Program-made: the position numbers and the translations under genes | In this document: one piece after another, positions 50,290 through 55,301 of the stretch | Layout: each line of letters starts with the position of its first letter | Position numbering within the stretch: the stretch's first letter is position 1 | Source: Nanobdellota archaeon | GTDB taxonomy: Archaea; Nanobdellota; Nanobdellia; Pacearchaeales; GW2011-AR1 | Direction of reading: 5' to 3' | DNA: 64,000 bases | NCBI GenBank assembly: GCA_013329055.1 | Contig: DUKY01000015.1 | Location: 2,339 to 66,338, forward strand | Notes under the pieces: generated by a model | The model's input: only the letters and a program-made list of their open reading frames with translations | The model's database searches: none | What the model was told of the DNA's origin: nothing

Positions 50290-50472
50290 ATGGAATATAA
50301 AATAAAATCAGCAAAAGAACAAAGAACCTGCAAATATCAAGGAAGTTGTAAAGTTGGTGAGTGCAATGGAAGAAGCCAGCAAAGTGGTGTTTATCATAAT
50401 TGTTACCAGCCACTTCCGAAAATTATTCGTGGAGACTTATTCTTGAAAAAAGGTCTATTAAAAAAACTGTAA
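50290..50472 (+). CDS. Small Cys-rich hypothetical protein (weak call)
   Basis: 60-aa ORF upstream of mutL with 5 Cys (CKYQGSCKVGECNG...NCYQ). No recognised motif. Confidence 0.25.
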   Translation: MEYKIKSAKEQRTCKYQGSCKVGECNGRSQQSGVYHNCYQPLPKIIRGDLFLKKGLLKKL

Positions 50473-50518
50473 TTTTTTAAACATAAATTAATAAAAATAG
50501 TTTGTTTTTATTTCTTTA

Positions 50519-52249
50519 ATGGTAATTAAACTTCTTGATAATTCGATAATAAACAAAATCGCCGCAGGAGAAGTCATTGAAAGGCCTGCTTCAGTCGTTA
50601 AAGAATTATTAGAAAATTCTTTTGATTCAGGAGCAGACGAAATAAAAATAGAAATCTATGACGCAGGAATAAAAAAAATTAAAATTTCAGATAATGGTTC
50701 AGGGATGACTAAAGAAGATGCCTTGATTTCATATAAGCGTCATACAACTTCAAAAATAGCTAATGAAGAAGATTTATTTTCAATTAATTCTTTAGGTTTT
50801 CGTGGTGAAGCTTTAGCCTCAATTGCCGAAATTTCAAATTTAAAAATAATCACCAAAACTTTTGATTCTTCTTTAGGAACATTTATTGAAGTTGAAGGAG
50901 GTAAATTAATAAAAGAAGAACAGATTGGATGTTCAAACGGAACAATAATCGAAGTAAATGATTTATTTTTTAACGTTCCCGCAAGAAAAAATTTTCTTAA
51001 AAGTAATGAAATTGAACTTTCAAAAATAATTAATATCATTACAAAATATGCTTTAATAAAAAATGATGTTTCAATTAAATTAATTCATAATAATAAAGAA
51101 ATTTTAAACTCCCATAAAACTAATTTCTTAATTAATAATATTATCTTTGTTTATGGTCCTGAAATTGCAAAAGATTTAATCAATGTAAATTATGAAGAAA
51201 ATGGAGTTATCGTTAAAGGTTATATCTCAAAACCTGTATTAACACGGGCAGATAAATCTGACCAGTCTTTATATGTAAATAAAAGATATGTAAAAAATAA
51301 TATTATTTCGCAAGCAATTTATGAAGCGTATAAAACTTTACTTTTTATAAATCGTCATCCTGTTTTTATCTTGGAAATATTAATCGATCCAAAAGAAATT
51401 GATGTAAATGTTCATCCCGCAAAAACTGAAATTCGTATTAAAAAAGAAGAATTAATTTCAGGAATTATTTTTAATTCAATAAAAAATGCTTTTCAAAATA
51501 GCAATTTAATTGTTTCTGCTTCGCTGGAAAATGAAACAAATCATAAATCGATAAAAAAATATGAATTTGCAAAAGATAAGCAATCTGTCTTAATGGTTAA
51601 AGATGATTCAAATTATCTTTCAACAAATCTTTATTCGGAAAAATCCAATTTTACTAAGAAAAAAAATATTTTTGAAAATTTTTATCTGCTTGGGCAAATT
51701 AATAAGACTTATATTATTGGAGAAAATCCTGAAGGATTAATTGTTCTTGATCAGCATGCTGCAGAAGAAAGAGTTAATTATGAAAAATTTATGAATGAAA
51801 AAAAATCCGGAGCGATCAAAAAACAAAATCTATTAACCCCAAGAATAATCGAATTAACACCTGTTCAATATCGTGCGGCATTAAATAATAAAACTTTCTT
51901 TGAATCTTTAGGTTTTAATTTTGATGATTTTGGAAATAATTCAATAAAATTAACAACTATCCCAGAAATTTTTGGAAGGTTAAAATCAACTTTATTATTA
52001 GATGTTATTAATGAGCTTGTAAATTTAAAAGGAAAAATTGTCGACAAAGAAATTGAAGAAAGAATAATTCGTTTTGCATGCCGTGCATCAGTAAAAGCAG
52101 GAGAAGAATTAACAAGTGTAGAAATGCGACAGTTAATAGAAAATTTAGGAAAAACTGATAATCCTTATTCATGTCCACACGGAAGACCAACTTTGATAAG
52201 TTTCAGTATTGCAGATTTAGAAAAAAAATTTAAGAGGACTGGTTGGTAA
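50519..52249 (+). CDS. mutL: DNA mismatch repair protein MutL (endonuclease-type)
   Basis: GHKL ATPase motifs (AAGEVIERPASVVKELLENSFDSGA, DNGSGM, GFRGEAL). C-terminal DQHAAEERVNYE and CPHGRPT endonuclease motifs. Confidence 0.9.
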   Translation: MVIKLLDNSIINKIAAGEVIERPASVVKELLENSFDSGADEIKIEIYDAGIKKIKISDNGSGMTKEDALISYKRHTTSKIANEEDLFSINSLGFRGEALASIAEISNLKIITKTFDSSLGTFIEVEGGKLIKEEQIGCSNGTIIEVNDLFFNVPARKNFLKSNEIELSKIINIITKYALIKNDVSIKLIHNNKEILNSHKTNFLINNIIFVYGPEIAKDLINVNYEENGVIVKGYISKPVLTRADKSDQSLYVNKRYVKNNIISQAIYEAYKTLLFINRHPVFILEILIDPKEIDVNVHPAKTEIRIKKEELISGIIFNSIKNAFQNSNLIVSASLENETNHKSIKKYEFAKDKQSVLMVKDDSNYLSTNLYSEKSNFTKKKNIFENFYLLGQINKTYIIGENPEGLIVLDQHAAEERVNYEKFMNEKKSGAIKKQNLLTPRIIELTPVQYRAALNNKTFFESLGFNFDDFGNNSIKLTTIPEIFGRLKSTLLLDVINELVNLKGKIVDKEIEERIIRFACRASVKAGEELTSVEMRQLIENLGKTDNPYSCPHGRPTLISFSIADLEKKFKRTGW

Positions 52250-53203
52250 TTATCCCAAACTCAAAATTAATTTAGCAATTATCTCTTCATTATGTCGAAC
52301 TAATGAAGTTTCTGAAATTAAATTCTCTCCAATAAATTTCGCCTTAAATTTTTTAAAATTTTCAGAATCAATTTTTACCGTCTGAGATTCTTCGCCCTTA
52401 TATTTATCCAATCTTTCTTGCGAAGGCATTTTTGAGTTATAAATTACATAATCAAGACAATCTTTTCCTAAGTACTTAATTAATTCATTCAAATGTTGAG
52501 TAATAGTAAAATTATTTGTTTCACCCTTTTTTGTCATAAGATTGCAAACGTAAACTTTTTTTGCTTTTGATTCATTTATTGCATTTGAAATATTTTCAAC
52601 AACCAAATTCGCAATTGTACTTGTATAAAGATCCCCCGGACCCAAAACAATTATATCTGCTTCTTTAATTGCTTTAATTGCCTTTTCATGTGCAAAAGCA
52701 TATGGCTCTAAAAATAATCTTTTAATTTTTAAATTTGAATTATGTTTGGGTATATCAATATTGGTTTCCCCCTTAACAATTTCACCGTTTTCTAACTCTG
52801 CACAAAGATTGCTTTTCTCAAGTGTTACAGGTAAAACATTTCCTTTAACATTTAGAATTTTGCATGCCGAATTAATCCCTTCTTCTTCTGTTCCTGTTAT
52901 TTTTGTTAAAGCAGTTAAAATTAAATTACCCATTGAATGATTCTTTAAACCTGCTCCTTCTTTAAATCTATATTCAAAAAGTGTTCTCATAATCTCTCGA
53001 TTTTCTGAAAGAGCAATAATGCTTCTTCTTATATCCCCTACAGGAAGAGTTCCAAATTCATCAATAAGCCGACCAGTTGAACCCCCTGAATCCATCATGG
53101 AAACAATTGAAGTTAAAATACAGTCATGTTTTTTCAATCCACTAAGAAGCGTATAAATTCCTGTTCCTCCGCCAATTAAAACTATTCTTTTCGGGTTTTT
53201 CAT
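52250..53203 (-). CDS. YvcK / CofD-like (UPF0052, gluconeogenesis-factor family) protein
   Basis: IVLIGGGTGIYTLLSGLK...SMMDSGGSTGRL...GDIRR. Confidence 0.75.
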   Translation of the reverse strand: MKNPKRIVLIGGGTGIYTLLSGLKKHDCILTSIVSMMDSGGSTGRLIDEFGTLPVGDIRRSIIALSENREIMRTLFEYRFKEGAGLKNHSMGNLILTALTKITGTEEEGINSACKILNVKGNVLPVTLEKSNLCAELENGEIVKGETNIDIPKHNSNLKIKRLFLEPYAFAHEKAIKAIKEADIIVLGPGDLYTSTIANLVVENISNAINESKAKKVYVCNLMTKKGETNNFTITQHLNELIKYLGKDCLDYVIYNSKMPSQERLDKYKGEESQTVKIDSENFKKFKAKFIGENLISETSLVRHNEEIIAKLILSLG

Positions 53204-53223
53204 AAATTTTCAAAGAATTAATG

Positions 53224-53763
53224 TTATTTATAATTTATGAATTTATCACGAATTAATCCATTTTCTTCGCAATATTTCCAAAAATCATCTGAAGTATCAA
53301 AATTGGGGCAAACGGTTATAATCTCTTTTCTTTTTTGATGAAGTTTTGCTTCACGACCTAATTTTGAAAGGTAAGTTCCAACAAGATAATCTTCTGGTGT
53401 AAGTATTTTATTCAATTCTTGATATAGCCCTGTAGCGATTTTTTGTTTCTGTTTATCTTCCCTGACCTCAATAAAATTTATTGCCCAATAATTTGGAAGT
53501 TCACCCAAGTCATTATAGACTCCTGTTTTTAAAACACCAACAATTGATCTTGGATCTTCTTTTATTTCTTTAGCCAAAATAAATCTTGTAATATCCGGAG
53601 AAATCATTTTTGCCGGAGAAAAAAAATTAAATCCTTTAAAAACTTCTTGGCCTTCCTGATTTATTCTTAATGGGATTTTCCAATTTGTTCCTTCCAGTAG
53701 TTCTTCTTTCAATTTTTCTTTGCTCTTGCATTCAAAATATAAATTTTTCATAAAATTATCCAA
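53224..53763 (-). CDS. Hypothetical protein (possible acetyltransferase-like fold; weak)
   Basis: 179-aa ORF. KQKQKIATGLYQELNK faintly resembles GNAT motif A. Confidence 0.45.
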   Translation of the reverse strand: MDNFMKNLYFECKSKEKLKEELLEGTNWKIPLRINQEGQEVFKGFNFFSPAKMISPDITRFILAKEIKEDPRSIVGVLKTGVYNDLGELPNYWAINFIEVREDKQKQKIATGLYQELNKILTPEDYLVGTYLSKLGREAKLHQKRKEIITVCPNFDTSDDFWKYCEENGLIRDKFINYK

Positions 53764-53793
53764 CTTATATGGTTTATAAATTTTTTTAAAATA

Positions 53794-53988
53794 TGCCCGG
53801 ACCTGTTCTCCTGCCTTCGCACGAAACTTTATGGATTATTATTTCTACCACGAAGTTACTCGTCGAACCCTTGGGTTCTTCATCCCAGAAATGCGCGGAC
53901 CTGTTCTCCTAACTTCGCTCGAAATCATTTGGATTATTATTTCTACCACGAAGTTACTCGTCGAACCCTCGGGTTCTTCATCCCGAAA
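53794..53988 (-). repeat. Two tandem units of about 97 bp directly 3' of tRNA-Gly, each a T-arm/acceptor copy split by an insert
   Basis: Units at 53794-53891 and 53892-53988. On the minus strand each reads ..CCGAGGGTTCGA-[about 66 nt]-GGTCCG(C/G)GCA, versus tRNA CCGGGTTCGAATCCCGGTCCGCGCA. Confidence 0.9.
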
Positions 53989-54060
53989 TGCGCGGACCGG
54001 GATTCGAACCCGGATATTCTGCTTGGAGGGCAGAAAGTCTAGCCATTGACCTATCCACGC
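53989..54060 (-). tRNA. tRNA-Gly (anticodon UCC by manual fold)
   Basis: GCGTGGA-TA-GGTC-AATGGCTA-GACT-T-TCTGC-CCTCCAA-GCAGA-ATAT-CCGGG-TTCGAAT-CCCGG-TCCGCGC-A. G1:C72, C2:G71, G3:C70 and A73 fit archaeal Gly. Loop position 33 reads C. Confidence 0.8.
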
Positions 54061-54143
54061 ATAATATTATTTATTAAACTTTTAGTTTTAAATTTTATTG
54101 TTTTTTATAATTGGTTTTTTAATTAATTTAAAACCTAAAAAAA

Positions 54144-54269
54144 CGCCCGAGACAGGATTTTGCTTTCAATCACTCTCTAAATTTTTGGATTATTTTTCTC
54201 GTGTAATTGTTCGACCTGCGATTTCAAACTTATTTGAATTTAAGCAGGATTCAAATCCTTTTTAAAAAC
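54144..54269 (-). repeat. Partial copy of the tRNA-Arg 3' portion with a T-loop insertion
   Basis: Minus strand: ATCGCAGGTCGAA-[about 52 nt]-AAATCCTGTCTCGGGCG, versus tRNA GTCGCAGGTTCAAATCCTGTCTCGGGCG. A 17-nt exact copy of the tRNA 3' end lies at 54144-54160. Confidence 0.85.
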
Positions 54270-54344
54270 CGCCCGAGACAGGATTTGAACCTGCGACCTA
54301 AGCATTAGGAGTGCTTCGCTCTATCCAGGCTGAGCTACTCGAGC
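54270..54344 (-). tRNA. tRNA-Arg (anticodon CCU)
   Basis: GCTCGAG-TA-GCTC-AGCCTGGATA-GAGC-G-AAGCA-CTCCTAA-TGCTT-AGGTC-GCAGG-TTCAAAT-CCTGT-CTCGGGC-G. A clean 75-nt cloverleaf. Confidence 0.9.
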
Positions 54345-54351
54345 AAATGGA

Positions 54352-54632
54352 TTTGGAAGAAAACTCAGAAAATTGAAAAAATTCTCTGGGACTTCAACAG
54401 ACAGTGCAGTTGAAGTGATTCGAACTCTTCCCATTCGAATCTTAATGCGGAAGAAAACTCAGAGAATTCTTTTCATTCTCTGGGACTTCAACAGACAGTG
54501 CAGTTGAAGTGATTCGAACTCTTCCCATTCGAATCTTTATGTGGAAGAAAACTCAAAGAATTTTTTCAATTCTTTGGGACTTCAACAGACAGTACAGTTG
54601 AAGTGATTCGAACTCTTCCTATTCAATCTTTA
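54352..54632 (-). repeat. Three tandem units of about 93-94 bp directly 3' of tRNA-Leu (acceptor/T-arm minihelix-like copies with a two-hairpin insert)
   Basis: Units at 54352-54445, 54446-54539 and 54540-54632. Each reads (minus strand) ..TGGGAAG-AG-TTCGAATC-[insert]-TTTCTTCC(A/G/A)(C/C/A)A. Confidence 0.9.
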
Positions 54633-54716
54633 TGTGGAAGAAAGGATTCGAACCCTCGCAGGCACTAAGCCACTGGAGCCTTAATCCAGCCCGTTTGACC
54701 GCTCCGGCACTTCCAC
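54633..54716 (-). tRNA. tRNA-Leu (class II, long variable arm; the anticodon loop UUAAGGC gives a formal anticodon of AAG)
   Basis: GTGGAAG-TG-CCGG-AGCGGTCAA-ACGG-G-CTGGA-TTAAGGC-TCCAG-TGGCTTAGTGCCTGC-GAGGG-TTCGAAT-CCTTT-CTTCCAC-A. 84 nt. Confidence 0.8.
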
Positions 54717-54750
54717 ATATAGTTTTTTAGAAGATTTAGTTTTTAATAAT

Positions 54751-55078
54751 TGTGGAGCGGGAAAACGTTTGACCCGAGCGATTTCATATGCTCTAAATCT
54801 GTTTACGTAACTTACGCATATGGGATTGCGAGTTGAGCAATTACGATTGCAATAAATTCTGAAAAGTAAATTTGAAAAATCGCAAGCGTGGTTGTGAGTA
54901 ACGTAGGCACTTCCACATTTTTGAGGAGTGGGAAAACTCGTTTGACCCGAACGATTTCATAAGCAATAAATTGCTTGCGTATCTTTAACGCGAGTGAGAT
55001 CGTGAGTTGAAAGTTTTTGTCCAACTTCCGATAACCCCTGATTTTGGACAAGGGCTTGAGTTTCTCCGGCACTTCCGC
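54751..55078 (-). ncRNA. Two head-to-tail tRNA-Leu 5'-fragment units (acceptor 5' strand plus D-arm split by structured inserts of 105-135 nt). Function unknown.
   Basis: U2 (55078->54919): GCGGAAGTGCCGGAG-[insert]-CGGGTCAAACGAGTTTTCCCACTCCTCA. U3 (54916->54751): GTGGAAGTGCC-[insert]-GGGTCAAACGTTTTCCCGCTCCACA. Neither has an anticodon arm or a T-arm. Confidence 0.6.
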
Positions 55079-55112
55079 ATTATTCTATTTAAAGCAATAA
55101 AAGAAATCTTTT
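55079..55112 (-). promoter_or_regulatory. Putative archaeal promoter of unit U2 (copy 1 of a duplicated 34-nt segment)
   Basis: Minus strand AAAAGATTTCTTTTATTGCTTTAAATAGAATAAT abuts GCGGAAG. About 30 of 34 nt match 55264-55297. AT-rich TATA-like elements are present. Confidence 0.5.
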
Positions 55113-55137
55113 AATCCTTTTGGATTTGAATTTTATT

Positions 55138-55263
55138 TTCGAACCCTCGCAGGCACTAAGCCACTGGAGCATTAATCCAGCCTAGTTTGATCCGAAGGTT
55201 TTCGCGAACTTTCCCAATTGCCCTTGATGTGAGCAAGGTTGTGAGTAGCGTAAGCACTTCCGC
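55138..55263 (-). pseudogene. tRNA-Leu-like gene body, either incomplete or requiring non-standard processing
   Basis: GCGGAAGTGC-[59-nt insert, 55195-55253]-CGGATCAAACTAGG-CTGGA-TTAATGC-TCCAG-...GAGGGTTCGAA, then unrelated sequence. No T-stem 3' strand or acceptor 3' strand follows. 45 nt match tRNA-Leu with 1 mismatch, at anticodon position 36. Confidence 0.6.
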
Positions 55264-55297
55264 ATTATTATGATTAAAGCAATAAAAGAAATCTTTC
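55264..55297 (-). promoter_or_regulatory. Putative promoter of unit U1 (copy 2 of the duplicated 34-nt segment)
   Basis: Minus strand GAAAGATTTCTTTTATTGCTTTAATCATAATAAT abuts GCGGAAG. Confidence 0.5.
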
Positions 55298-55301
55298 TGA
55301 T

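Noticed and set aside
53831-54049. Track ORFs 53831-54049 (+) and 54812-55072 (-) as protein genes
   Set aside because: They run through tRNA-Gly and its repeats, and through the tRNA-Leu fragment units. Their repetitive peptide sequence simply mirrors the DNA repeats, and they have no start context or motifs.
54144-54269. Canonical bulge-helix-bulge intron in the split T-loop copy of tRNA-Arg
   Set aside because: A manual check found an intron-internal 7-bp helix. It did not find the 4-bp exon-intron central helix flanked by 3-nt bulges that a strict BHB requires. A relaxed motif needs a computational search.
53794-54632. C/D-box or H/ACA sRNAs encoded in the tRNA trailer units
   Set aside because: No RUGAUGA/CUGA box pairs occur in the correct arrangement. 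There is only a partial GGAUGA in the Gly units and an isolated CUGA in the Leu units. No ACA-type 3' motif follows a hairpin.
53794-55297. CRISPR array as an explanation for the tandem units around the tRNAs
   Set aside because: The units are contiguous tandem copies of 93-98 bp with no alternation of short conserved repeats and unique spacers. They are homologous to the adjacent tRNAs, and no cas genes are nearby.
53794-55297. Simple att-site scars of an integrated element at tRNA 3' ends
   Set aside because: There is no integrase or element cargo in the window. A plain attL/attR duplication would copy an intact 3' segment, whereas these copies are interrupted inside the T-loop or D-arm by structured inserts and are tandemly amplified. 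This cannot be fully excluded without the whole genome, so it is kept as an alternative in the findings.
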